Position numbers and translations under genes: made by a program. This document shows, in pieces, positions 14,353 to 23,988 of a stretch of DNA of 28,520 bases (positions are counted from its first letter, which is position 1; every line of letters starts with the position of its first letter). The DNA is from a virus (lineage: Duplodnaviria; Caudoviricetes). The stretch lies in IMG/VR virus record IMGVR_UViG_3300024228_000018, positions 1-28,520 of that record. One strand, given 5' to 3'. A model generated the notes under the pieces. It made no database searches, was not told the DNA's origin, and saw nothing but the letters and a program-made list of their open reading frames with translations.

Positions 14353-17300
14353 GTTGGATCTTCTATAGTGTTTACTTGTGTCATTGTCGTTATAGTACCA
14401 TTCTCATCTGTTTCAATAAAATACCACTCATCCCCAAACAAAGATAAATCATCCCATAAAGCTTGGACATAAGCAACTGAAGTTCCTCCATTGGGGCTTT
14501 TCCACATTGCAGTTGTATTAGCGTAAGGCGTATATACTTCTTGTGCTGAATTGTAAGTGTATATAGTAACACCTTCTTGTAAGTCAGCAGATTGAGAGCT
14601 ATACCAATACACCCCTTTGCTGAAAGTGCCTCTACCTTTACAATTAGGAGGCGGGTCGCTGAGTGGTCCACAAATCTCTAAAGGTGAATTTGTCCAAGTA
14701 GTTATAGAATCCCTCATACCGCATATTGCAGATGTAATTCCTCCAGACATAACGTAGCTTTGAACATTATTGTAGTACCCTCTAAATAAATTCATAGGGC
14801 CCACATCAGGATCCTCGTCGCAAGGCGGTAATGTGTTGTATTGGTCCATAGATTGAATAATTCCATCCGGCGTAACCATAACGATCATATAAGCATTAGG
14901 AACTGTTGCGGGGTTAGAAGGGTCTAAGGCGGGGGCATCCGGAAGAGGACCAGCAGTGTTGCTTATAAATAAATAAGTACCTGGTTCGCTTATGGGTTCT
15001 AAAGTGTCTTTATCATATAATTGAGTTCCGACAGTTAACCCTTCTTCAAATATATACTTAAACTGGTCATAATTAATTGAGCTTATTTCAGAGTAATTCC
15101 CAGCTAACCATAAGTGAAAGTCTTCTATAATACATTTAGCACTGGAGGCTTGTGATTCATTTAATATTGAACTAGAAAGACCCTTGGTGTTCCATTGCCA
15201 CCACCCATCAATAAGCGTGTCTGGCACAGGGTCAGCTTCGCAGTCTTGCCCAAGACCTTCGCAGCTTAATCCAGAGGTAAGTATGTAATCTTGCTCCACA
15301 GGGTCAATAGTTCCAGTACCTATACCCTTCCCCTTTTTGCATACTTCTAATGCCTTTATATGATTAAAGTATTTACCTTCTTTATTTTCAAATTCTTTTA
15401 TTTCACCTGATTCTAAATTTGTTCTTATAAAATTACTGTACCAACCTTCTCTTTTTACTTGAACAAATCCAGGAACGAAAGAACCTGCGTTAACCTCAGC
15501 TATTGAATACCAGTTGTTATTGTATTCGTACTCTAACTCCCTAGAGGCTGAACCCGAATAGTTTAAAGCAGTATAACCCTTTACCGCTTGAGGGGAATCG
15601 TTAATTAATAGATTTACTGTACTAAAATATTGATCGCCATAAAAGTTATTATAAGTATCATTTAACCCATGCTCCCAGATTAATGCGTTCTTGAAAGTGT
15701 AATAAGTATTGTTTAAAGAAACTCCACCCTCAGGTATAAAGCTTTTTCTACTAGTCCAGCCTTTAACTTGTTCGTCAAAAGAAACAGTAGTTTCTAATAT
15801 TAAGTTCTCTTCTGCAGGAGAATCACTAGTAGGGCACTCTGCGGTTAAATTATAATCTTTATCTACACTAAGATGCTTTCTCCAGTAAGGAGTTAGCGAA
15901 TTAAGAGTTACATTATATAAACCCTTGTCTTCGTCGTAAGATCCTATTATTTTTGTAGATGATGATAAATTGTCAGAAAAGAAATCATTCATTCCTTGCT
16001 CTGATATAACGGTTATACCGTCCCTAGATAATCTTATCACCGCTCCTCTGTTTTTATCGGTAAAGTAACTTCTAAAAGCATAAGATGCAAATGATTCTGG
16101 ATTTTTTGATATTCCGTAATCACCAACGTAAGGAATAGTTTGTCCTAAAACGGCATTGTTACCTGTTAAGTTAACATTTCCGTCAGCATTGTATAAAGCA
16201 TCTTTATTGGCTAATACTCTAAAGCATTTATCCTCGCAAAGTGCTATTAAGTCAGTATCTCTAGCGTGTAGCTTTTGAATTGTACCGTAGGTGGGGTTTA
16301 AATCTTTAGTTATTTTTTCCGCTTGTATAAATTGATTCAATCTATTGATACCGGAGGTTGAGTTATATAATTGAGAATATATAAATCCACTACCTCTATG
16401 TTCTAAAGCGTATGGCTCGTCAAGTACCGTTGAAACTTTTACCCCTTTGTTTATGGTTTTAGCATTAAAATCATCTCTAACTCTATTTGATTCTGCTCCG
16501 TTTCCAAAAGAATATACATTATACCAATCTATAGGGTCATAATTAAGCCCATGCTGAGCTATTTCAAAGGACTTACTAGCTTCGTAATATAAATCAAGAT
16601 CAGCAGTCTCTTTTGGCTCTGTTTCAAAAACTGCAGGGTTAGTAGATGTAAGTATTTTATTGTCACCATCATAAACATCAGTAACTATTTGCATAGAAAT
16701 ATCACTAGATATTAGTGTGCCTGTGTCCCCGTTAGAAGATGGAAACCAATCTTCCTTTAATGTTTCATTCAACTTAGCAACAAAAGCAACACGCTGGTCC
16801 TGGGCTTGGTTATCTAAACCACCCCCACAACAAACTCCAGCGCACGCTTCCCTACCCCCAAGCCTTCCTTGCTGGTAAGCTTCTTGTATTTGATAAACCT
16901 TACTGTAATCTCCAGTAGAATTATTAACAAATCTTATATAAGATCCCGCGTCAAAGTAAGCTCCTCCCATTTGGCCAAAACCACCTTGTGCCGTGCCACT
17001 AAAATCATCTATATACCCGCTTAGTTGACCTACAAAAGAATAGCCAAACCATTGGTTGTATTGCATAGGAGGTTTGTAGTTCTCTCGTATTATGGTGTTT
17101 AAGCTGGTTCCAACTCCACCCCACGCTCCTGGCCCTTGCGATTGATATTGAGACCAATTAGAAGCACACTCACATGGAAAGCAGTCGTTGTCATGCCTGT
17201 TCCCTGTGTCAAGCCAAAAATACTTGAAGTTATTAACATTTGTTTCACCTTCAGCTGTTCTTAAAAACGGTTTTATTTCATCTAAAACAACATATCTTTT

Positions 17301-19877
17301 TTGTAAAGCGGAAAAAGTTTTAATTATATTTTCGTCAAATGCAAAATCTCTGTTTATTTTAGCAAAAAATCTACCTTCAAACTCAGGGAGACTTTTTGGC
17401 TCCTCTATAAATATAGTTATATCTATATTGTCCCCAGTAGATAAGTTTTCCATCCAAGAAGCATCGCCAGCTAATGGGTCTTTTAACTTTATAGAATAAA
17501 TTACAGGATTGTTACCGCCTGCGGAATTATAAGCGCTACCTGCTTTTTCTATTCCATAAGCGTTAGTTTCAAAACCTCCTTTTTCAAATATAACTTGATT
17601 AGCAGAGCTTAAGTTATTTCCAAAATTTGGATTTGACTGAAGACTTGGTCCCTCTACTCTTACAGTAAGAAAACCAGGGCCTGCTTCAGTAAGTAATTTA
17701 ACCGTACCTGAAAATAAAGTCTTCTTAAAATTAGAAACAAAATCAGGCGCTTCGTTTTCTATAGCTAAAATTTTATATCTATTAAGATCTTTTACTGGTT
17801 CTGAATTGTCATGCTGTTTTTTTAGTATTAAATAAGTCTCCTCGTCTAATTTATTTCTTTCAGAAGAAGGAAATGACAACCATATATTACCATCCTCTGC
17901 AGGATAGAACCTGTCCAAAGCCAAGTTATAATAAGGAGTTGATGTTTCTTTTACAAAATACTTATAATGCGTAGCAAATGGCGGAGGAGCAGTAAATATC
18001 TTGGTAGCTAATTTTGTAACTTCGCAAGATTCAGATATATCTATGTAGGTCGATGAGTTCTGACTAGAAAAAACAGGTGTTTCTCTTCCAAATTCATCCT
18101 TATAAACAACACCAACTTGATAAGTTCTTATTGATTTCAACGACGGCTCTGCATCTCCTGTAAATTGATTATTTGTATACTGACTTTCCGAGCCCGGTAC
18201 TAAGTACTCAGGCACTCTTGATGGATGAGGGCTGGATAGTATTTGCGTATCTAATCTGATTGATCCAACGGTGTAATTTTGCAGATAGTTTCCATAAACT
18301 ATTCTATTGCCTATAATTTCTTGTGCTTTTGCTTTTAAAGGCACGTTATCCCATGGTCTTAGTAATTGATTAGACTCAACAATAGAGCCTATTAACTCAT
18401 TTTTAATTTCAAAATAATCAACTAAATTACCAGTTAATAGAGTGGAATCATTTCTTTTTATAGTGTCTACAACGTAAACAGCATTACTGTCATCTGCTTT
18501 ATATAATATATCTAATTCAATAACCTCTTCACTTCCCCACGAAAAATCTGATACAATTAATTTCCTTATATTGTTAGTCATACCAATATTATAACCATCT
18601 GATGAAATATACTTGAACTTATTAGGTATAAAAGCAACTTCTGAGAAAGGAGAAAAACAAGAATACTCGTTATCAATGTACTTCCATCTATAAGCGAATC
18701 TAGGAAAATTGTATTCAAACAAGGGAGTCTTTTCTTCTAATATAACTTCCCATGCAATAAGCAGATCATCCCCGTCTTCGTTAAAAAACCTGTTAACGTC
18801 ACTTGAGATGGATTGTATTCTAACTGTTATAGAATCACCATTAACTCCATTTGTAACTATTAAAAATCTAGCTTGGTATTCATATTGATTATTAAAGTCA
18901 TCTATATAAGAAGCTCTAAGCGAAAGTACATCACCATCCTGCCAAACAGCTTGTCCGTCTACTATTCCATAACTAGGTGGAGCTAATATATCAAAAGTTA
19001 TTTCTCCATTCCAATTAGCCCCTAAAGAACTATTTGCATAATAATCTGGGTCACCTGCGATGTTCGCTAAATACTGCCCATAAGTATCTATTGGTATTGG
19101 TTGCGACGGAGGATCTTGAGTAAGGTCAGCTCTATAAGTAAAGTTTTGCTGCTCATTAACACCATACTCTGTTCTTAAGTAATCTACACCAGTACCAGGA
19201 ATATCTGCTCCAAACTTACTTGCTCCCATATCTAAAATAGGAGGGTTTAATGGTGATTTTTTAATTACAGTAATATCTTCTTCTAAAAAATCCGGTTGAC
19301 CAATTATATTAGATTGATACACTTCAGCTTCCTGATTGTATATAGGTATTTTAGTGTGCGTAACAAAATTAACAGAGCCTGTTTTAAATTTATCAATATT
19401 TATTTTTTTTGGTTCAGTTTGATTATCTGTCCAAAATAAAAATTTATCAATTATATTTATACCTGTTATAAGGTAAGTTTCATTAAACTTTAATATACCT
19501 TTAGTATCTACCAGCACTGGTGATATTGTGCCGCTTACCTGATTATATTCAGCTATTGCACTTATGCCAAATTTTCCAGTCCCATGAGTTGGAGCAGCTA
19601 TAAACCAATATATTTTTTCATTTATATCGTTTCTGTATACACCTATACATTTAGCGTTGTCAAGCTGATCTATATAGTTGCTAACCCACGGCAGATTTTT
19701 ATTATTTTTTCTTAACTGAGTATTGCCCTCTACATTCTGCAATGAACCACTGTTGCCATTCTCTGAGTTTGCTAAATCTAGATTTAAAGCATCTCGATAT
19801 TCTCCCTGAGGAACAAGTCTTTCGTCAAGGTCTTTATTCATTTTACCCGCGTTAAACAGGTGAGTAAATTCTGGCAT
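14346..19877 (-). CDS. 1843-aa tail stabilization/nozzle-like protein with insertions and C-terminal repeats
   Basis: N-terminus F-x-x-GKMNKDLDERLVPQGEYRDALN and blocks such as RFAYRWKY...YSCFSPFS, PWDNVPLKAKAQEIIGNRIVYGNY, SLKSIRTYQVGVVY, YGISKNPESFA, YFTDKNRGAVIRLSRDG and GWTSRKSF. I recognise these from tail stabilization proteins of Bacteroidota podoviruses. Follows the ring-protein genes. Confidence 0.8.
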   Translation of the reverse strand: MPEFTHLFNAGKMNKDLDERLVPQGEYRDALNLDLANSENGNSGSLQNVEGNTQLRKNNKNLPWVSNYIDQLDNAKCIGVYRNDINEKIYWFIAAPTHGTGKFGISAIAEYNQVSGTISPVLVDTKGILKFNETYLITGINIIDKFLFWTDNQTEPKKINIDKFKTGSVNFVTHTKIPIYNQEAEVYQSNIIGQPDFLEEDITVIKKSPLNPPILDMGASKFGADIPGTGVDYLRTEYGVNEQQNFTYRADLTQDPPSQPIPIDTYGQYLANIAGDPDYYANSSLGANWNGEITFDILAPPSYGIVDGQAVWQDGDVLSLRASYIDDFNNQYEYQARFLIVTNGVNGDSITVRIQSISSDVNRFFNEDGDDLLIAWEVILEEKTPLFEYNFPRFAYRWKYIDNEYSCFSPFSEVAFIPNKFKYISSDGYNIGMTNNIRKLIVSDFSWGSEEVIELDILYKADDSNAVYVVDTIKRNDSTLLTGNLVDYFEIKNELIGSIVESNQLLRPWDNVPLKAKAQEIIGNRIVYGNYLQNYTVGSIRLDTQILSSPHPSRVPEYLVPGSESQYTNNQFTGDAEPSLKSIRTYQVGVVYKDEFGRETPVFSSQNSSTYIDISESCEVTKLATKIFTAPPPFATHYKYFVKETSTPYYNLALDRFYPAEDGNIWLSFPSSERNKLDEETYLILKKQHDNSEPVKDLNRYKILAIENEAPDFVSNFKKTLFSGTVKLLTEAGPGFLTVRVEGPSLQSNPNFGNNLSSANQVIFEKGGFETNAYGIEKAGSAYNSAGGNNPVIYSIKLKDPLAGDASWMENLSTGDNIDITIFIEEPKSLPEFEGRFFAKINRDFAFDENIIKTFSALQKRYVVLDEIKPFLRTAEGETNVNNFKYFWLDTGNRHDNDCFPCECASNWSQYQSQGPGAWGGVGTSLNTIIRENYKPPMQYNQWFGYSFVGQLSGYIDDFSGTAQGGFGQMGGAYFDAGSYIRFVNNSTGDYSKVYQIQEAYQQGRLGGREACAGVCCGGGLDNQAQDQRVAFVAKLNETLKEDWFPSSNGDTGTLISSDISMQIVTDVYDGDNKILTSTNPAVFETEPKETADLDLYYEASKSFEIAQHGLNYDPIDWYNVYSFGNGAESNRVRDDFNAKTINKGVKVSTVLDEPYALEHRGSGFIYSQLYNSTSGINRLNQFIQAEKITKDLNPTYGTIQKLHARDTDLIALCEDKCFRVLANKDALYNADGNVNLTGNNAVLGQTIPYVGDYGISKNPESFASYAFRSYFTDKNRGAVIRLSRDGITVISEQGMNDFFSDNLSSSTKIIGSYDEDKGLYNVTLNSLTPYWRKHLSVDKDYNLTAECPTSDSPAEENLILETTVSFDEQVKGWTSRKSFIPEGGVSLNNTYYTFKNALIWEHGLNDTYNNFYGDQYFSTVNLLINDSPQAVKGYTALNYSGSASRELEYEYNNNWYSIAEVNAGSFVPGFVQVKREGWYSNFIRTNLESGEIKEFENKEGKYFNHIKALEVCKKGKGIGTGTIDPVEQDYILTSGLSCEGLGQDCEADPVPDTLIDGWWQWNTKGLSSSILNESQASSAKCIIEDFHLWLAGNYSEISSINYDQFKYIFEEGLTVGTQLYDKDTLEPISEPGTYLFISNTAGPLPDAPALDPSNPATVPNAYMIVMVTPDGIIQSMDQYNTLPPCDEDPDVGPMNLFRGYYNNVQSYVMSGGITSAICGMRDSITTWTNSPLEICGPLSDPPPNCKGRGTFSKGVYWYSSQSADLQEGVTIYTYNSAQEVYTPYANTTAMWKSPNGGTSVAYVQALWDDLSLFGDEWYFIETDENGTITTMTQVNTIEDPTC

Positions 19878-19880
19878 ATA

Positions 19881-20768
19881 TTAGTGTTTTATTTGCTTAG
19901 ACTTATTACGCATAACCTGAGCAATCTCTTCTATTTTTATATTTGATAGTCTTAATTTCGCGTTTCTTTTTGCGGCTGCTTTTTCTTTTTTGAATCTAGC
20001 TACCATATATTCAGGCACATTGGTTCTTGTTGAAAGAAGAGAATGAGCTATATGTTTATACATAGCCTCTTCCGCAAACTTATGTAGTGTTATGTCTTCG
20101 TCTTTGCTGCTAACACCGTCAGAAACGTATTTTAAAGTGATTATTTTATTAGATAAACTGGAATCAAAGTATATAATACCAACAGATTGGTCTATGTAAA
20201 AAACACCATTAGACTGAGCACTTGAGGGGGTTAGCCCGTATCTGCGACCATAATTAGCGCCTATGCTTTTTATATCACTACCTTTTGATCCGTTGTCAAA
20301 TCTTTTTTTAGTTTCTGATTCCTCTGCGGTAAGTAGCTCTCTATTTTGTTCATCAAACAAATATTGAAATCTGTGGTCCTGCAGTATCGGTTTAGGATTA
20401 GAAGTGTTAATGGCTGGATATATAACATGCTCAAGCCCTACAGAATCGGTCCACGTGAGTTTTACATAGTTAACGTAGTCTTGAGGTAATATCATTCCTA
20501 AGGAAGGCCCTAATTCAATCTCTTGCGATTTAACTGAAGGTAATATATCAAAGCTAAATTCTTGAATACCACGCATTGCATGGAATATAACATCCGTTCT
20601 TTTTACTCTTGGTATTATTTTATCTTCACCAACATAAGATATCATAAAATTATTTATTATATCTTTTATAGTTATAAACTGGTAATTACCGTAATTTTCA
20701 TCCCAGCTATTCCATTGACCATCTGGACCTAGGTAATACTGTTCGTTATTTTCTGTTATTAAACCCAT
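19881..20768 (-). CDS. 295-aa structural protein, probable tail ring/adaptor
   Basis: Helical N-terminus, LPQDYVNYVKL beta motif and C-terminal helix (LHKFAEEAMYKHIA), a layout typical of adaptor/ring proteins. Sits between head and tail genes. Confidence 0.65.
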   Translation of the reverse strand: MGLITENNEQYYLGPDGQWNSWDENYGNYQFITIKDIINNFMISYVGEDKIIPRVKRTDVIFHAMRGIQEFSFDILPSVKSQEIELGPSLGMILPQDYVNYVKLTWTDSVGLEHVIYPAINTSNPKPILQDHRFQYLFDEQNRELLTAEESETKKRFDNGSKGSDIKSIGANYGRRYGLTPSSAQSNGVFYIDQSVGIIYFDSSLSNKIITLKYVSDGVSSKDEDITLHKFAEEAMYKHIAHSLLSTRTNVPEYMVARFKKEKAAAKRNAKLRLSNIKIEEIAQVMRNKSKQIKH

Positions 20769-20771
20769 TTA

Positions 20772-21533
20772 TTACGATTTTTGTTGTTGAATAGTTTCTT
20801 GCTCTTCTTTGTCAAATACTTGGTATAAGCTTAAATCTTTTATAAGTATTCCACATAATTCTAGTATTTTTATAACCAATTCGGTTTCCTCTGATGGGTG
20901 CAACTCAAAGTTAGTAGTTGTGGTTGCATCATAAAGAGGCTCATCAAAAACTATTTGATAACCCCAAACCACTGGAGTCGGCTGCTTTATATACGTAGCG
21001 ACAACATCAGACTGTATTTCTTGGTCACCGTATACTTTGATACCCCTATCGTCTGCTATATATATAGGACGTACATTTTTAGGTTTTGTTAAAGGAGAGG
21101 AGTTTATGTATAAGAACTCATTAGGGTTTATGCGTTCTACTATTACATCTTCTGTTGTTGTAACAGGTGTATTAGGCCCTAAGTTCGGATCTAATATATT
21201 TTTAGTTGTAGAATTAGCGTATATAACCGTGCCAAGTCTATATAAATCTGAAGGTAATTGAAAAGTACCGTTAGAGCTAAATAAATAATTTAATGGTGCT
21301 CTAGTCTCAAATAAGGCTATTTTCTCATTAAGCAATTTAAGCATATCAGAAAATTCAGTGGAGTTCCCTGGTATTCTGCCAAATTGATTAATATCATAAA
21401 AGTATTGCTCAAACAAATCCATTTGCGCTTGGTTCGCGAACAAATTAAATTCTTGAGGCGTAACATACCCTCGTTGTTCTTTATTGAGTATTCCTAATAC
21501 TCTTTGATAAACAGTGTTTATGCTTACAGCCAT
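20772..21533 (-). CDS. 253-aa structural protein, probable head-tail adaptor/ring
   Basis: ILNKEQRGYVTPQEFNLFANQAQ, FQLPSDLYRL, YIKQP and FELHPSEETELVIKIL fit the tail-tubular-A/ring pattern. The LPxD motif is shared with the 295-aa neighbour. Confidence 0.7.
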   Translation of the reverse strand: MAVSINTVYQRVLGILNKEQRGYVTPQEFNLFANQAQMDLFEQYFYDINQFGRIPGNSTEFSDMLKLLNEKIALFETRAPLNYLFSSNGTFQLPSDLYRLGTVIYANSTTKNILDPNLGPNTPVTTTEDVIVERINPNEFLYINSSPLTKPKNVRPIYIADDRGIKVYGDQEIQSDVVATYIKQPTPVVWGYQIVFDEPLYDATTTTNFELHPSEETELVIKILELCGILIKDLSLYQVFDKEEQETIQQQKS

Positions 21534-21551
21534 GTGATATTTTTTTAATTT

Positions 21552-21590
21552 ATAATAGTTAAGCCACCTTTAAAGCAGCTTAACTACCAT
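21552..21590 (-). terminator. Intergenic RNA hairpin (terminator/attenuator or processing site)
   Basis: Minus strand ATGGTAGTTAAGCTGCTT-TAA-AGGTGGCTTAACTATTAT: perfect 9-bp core TAGTTAAGC/GCTTAACTA, extended by G-U pairs only on the minus-strand RNA. No strong U tract. Confidence 0.55.
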
Positions 21591-21601
21591 AAAGTAACTT
21601 A

Positions 21602-22441
21602 CTATAGTTTATTTACTATAACTTTGTAAACTTCCATACCTTCATCTGTCTTAAAATATGCAGCTAATGCTGAATAAGGATGCTCGTCAAAAGGAACAGT
21701 CATTAATTTTCTATTTGTTTCCCCATAACTAAATGTTCTTTGATCAGGGGATAGAGTTATTATCTTAGCCTCTACTGCTTTAGCTCCAACGTTTCTTAAA
21801 TGTACGTTATCATCTGTAGCTAAATTTATAAACAAAGCTGGATTTCTTTTAGCGAAGATCATAAGATCTCTTTTAAGTTCGCTTGAAGAAAGTGTTGTAA
21901 CCTTACTGCCTAGCTCTACTCTTAATATAGCTTCGGCATCATCCGTGCTCATTCCCTTAGCCGCTGTAAGTGCTTCTAACTCTAATTCAATCCAATTTAT
22001 CTCGTTCTCTGAGATGGCTACAGGATCATGTTCATGATACTTGATGCCTTTATTAGGATGGTATACAGAAAGAAATTTTTGCAATATAACATTTTCTTTA
22101 GGAACGGTTAAAGTACCGTCTCTAAAAACTATTCTACCAAGTGTTGAGTTTCCTTTTTGCTCATCTGCGAATGGGGACTTTTGATTGGTAGCATACCTTA
22201 GCTCTCTTTGGTAACCAGCTTCTTTGTCAAAATAAAGCAATGGTTTTCTTGAAGAGTGCTTAGATTGCATAGAGTAAACTATAGGGTGTCGATCACCATC
22301 TAAAACATAAACTCTATCTTTAAATTCAAACACAGGAACTTTTGGAGCTTCTATGATTTGTTTTTCTATTGCTTCTTTCTTTGTAATAACTTGAGGTGCA
22401 ACCTCAACAGGTGCTACTGCTTCTTTAGCTTTTTTAGCCAT
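21602..22441 (-). CDS. 279-aa hypothetical protein downstream of the major capsid gene
   Basis: Clean ORF with a low-complexity A/P/V/E/K N-terminus and an A-rich leader. No motif I can assign. Confidence 0.75.
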   Translation of the reverse strand: MAKKAKEAVAPVEVAPQVITKKEAIEKQIIEAPKVPVFEFKDRVYVLDGDRHPIVYSMQSKHSSRKPLLYFDKEAGYQRELRYATNQKSPFADEQKGNSTLGRIVFRDGTLTVPKENVILQKFLSVYHPNKGIKYHEHDPVAISENEINWIELELEALTAAKGMSTDDAEAILRVELGSKVTTLSSSELKRDLMIFAKRNPALFINLATDDNVHLRNVGAKAVEAKIITLSPDQRTFSYGETNRKLMTVPFDEHPYSALAAYFKTDEGMEVYKVIVNKL

Positions 22442-22470
22442 GATATAATATAATTAAATAGTTTATAAAG

Positions 22471-22511
22471 GTAATAATTACCCCTGTAAATACAACAGGG
22501 GTAACAATTAC
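22471..22511 (-). terminator. Hairpin directly after the major capsid gene, probable leaky terminator
   Basis: Perfect 10-bp stem TTACCCCTGT/ACAGGGGTAA (22478-22504) with a 7-nt loop, extendable by GTAAT/ATTAC. Followed on the minus strand by an interrupted T-rich run. Confidence 0.7.
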
Positions 22512-22523
22512 ATTAGTGTAGTA

Positions 22524-23966
22524 TTACTTTTTCAACAATACAAAGTTGTTAGCAGCTTGTACACATAAACATCTTTCTGATAAGAAATGAACATTCATTG
22601 CGTCTTCGTCGCTTGTATAGTTTCCACCTACAGATCCAGTGATCCAAGACTTCATCTTTCTATCGTCTGCTTCAGAAGCTCTGTAACGTACGTGTAAGAA
22701 AGGTCTTGAAATATTCTGTCCTAGCATTTGGTCGTAAACTGTTGAAGTTCCTGCTGGAACAATAACACCTTCGATATCCCCAACTAAACCACGAGTTGTA
22801 GCGTCGTTTAAGTATTTCCAATCAGTCTTATAGAAATCATAAGATCCTCTACGGAATCCACTGAATCCTAAGTTCAACGCCATATCTTCTGAATTTTCGA
22901 ATACACCATAAGATGTTCCTCCTACTCCATAAGTATTTTGTTGAGCTAGCATATTGTCAATACTTAAAGCAGTGCTTCTATCTAAGAACATCATGTTCTC
23001 TTCGATAGCTCCTTGCTTATCTAGTTCGTTCAAGATAATATCAAACTCTGCTAAACCTGGGCTTGGCGCACCGCCGGTACCAGGGTCTCCAAAATTAGCT
23101 CCCTCGTAAACTAATCCTCTTGCTTCAATAGCAGAGAAAAGTCCATCAGAACCTGTGATAGTGTTACCACCACCAAAATCATTTGCTGGGTCAGTGTTGA
23201 TTGTTACAGTTGCTTTTTCAGCTTCAATCATAGCCATTTCTAATTGGTCTTCGAAACGGATACGAGCTTCGTGCTCTGATTTCAAGTACCATAGATATCC
23301 TGATGTTCCAATCTCAGTAGTTACTTCTACCCACCCAATTTGAGCAGTATCAGAACCATTTACATTGTACTTATCTCTAAGGATAATTGGCTTATTATTA
23401 AATTGCTCGAAAGCAGCATCTATAGAAGTCCCCGCGTTAGAAGATCCTTTTCCATATTCAGAACCGTATACAAATACTTTTCCTTTTCCTGCAGCTACTG
23501 GAGTTAAAGCTCCTTTGTAACCTGCTACTGTTAATGTTGCTATACCGTTTCCAGCTGTAGCTACAGATTTTACATAAGCTTTTTCAACCTTAGTACCTGC
23601 TTCATTAGCAACTACAATAGTAGCTCCTGCTCCAATAAGGTTTTTGTTAGTATTATTAGGGCCTGCTGGTATAATTACAGATGTAGCTGTAACTTCTACG
23701 TCATCATAAGCAACGTGTAAACGTCCTTGTTCAGACCATACTACTGTATCAGAAGCCATAGGCATTTCTGCTCCTACCATTCTTAAGAATCCAGAGATAG
23801 TACGGTTTCCGTATCTCTCTACTTCTTTTTCATACACTTCTGGTAAGAATTGTTGTGTAAATTTCATGTCATTCAATGATAAATAGTTATCATTAAATAA
23901 AGTTTGTGTTGGGCGTGGCGTCAAGTGAGCTAATGCTCCTGCGCTACCCTTAAATTCTCCTGCCAT
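22524..23966 (-). CDS. Major capsid protein
   Basis: 480 aa, follows portal and scaffold, and is followed by a hairpin. Motifs QQFLPEVYEKEVERYGNR, VVWSEQGRLH, NKPIILRDKYNVNGSD, LNLGFSGFRRGSYDFYKTDW and HFLSERCLCVQAANNF. Confidence 0.85.
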   Translation of the reverse strand: MAGEFKGSAGALAHLTPRPTQTLFNDNYLSLNDMKFTQQFLPEVYEKEVERYGNRTISGFLRMVGAEMPMASDTVVWSEQGRLHVAYDDVEVTATSVIIPAGPNNTNKNLIGAGATIVVANEAGTKVEKAYVKSVATAGNGIATLTVAGYKGALTPVAAGKGKVFVYGSEYGKGSSNAGTSIDAAFEQFNNKPIILRDKYNVNGSDTAQIGWVEVTTEIGTSGYLWYLKSEHEARIRFEDQLEMAMIEAEKATVTINTDPANDFGGGNTITGSDGLFSAIEARGLVYEGANFGDPGTGGAPSPGLAEFDIILNELDKQGAIEENMMFLDRSTALSIDNMLAQQNTYGVGGTSYGVFENSEDMALNLGFSGFRRGSYDFYKTDWKYLNDATTRGLVGDIEGVIVPAGTSTVYDQMLGQNISRPFLHVRYRASEADDRKMKSWITGSVGGNYTSDEDAMNVHFLSERCLCVQAANNFVLLKK

Positions 23967-23988
23967 TTTATTATTTTTTTAATGGTTA

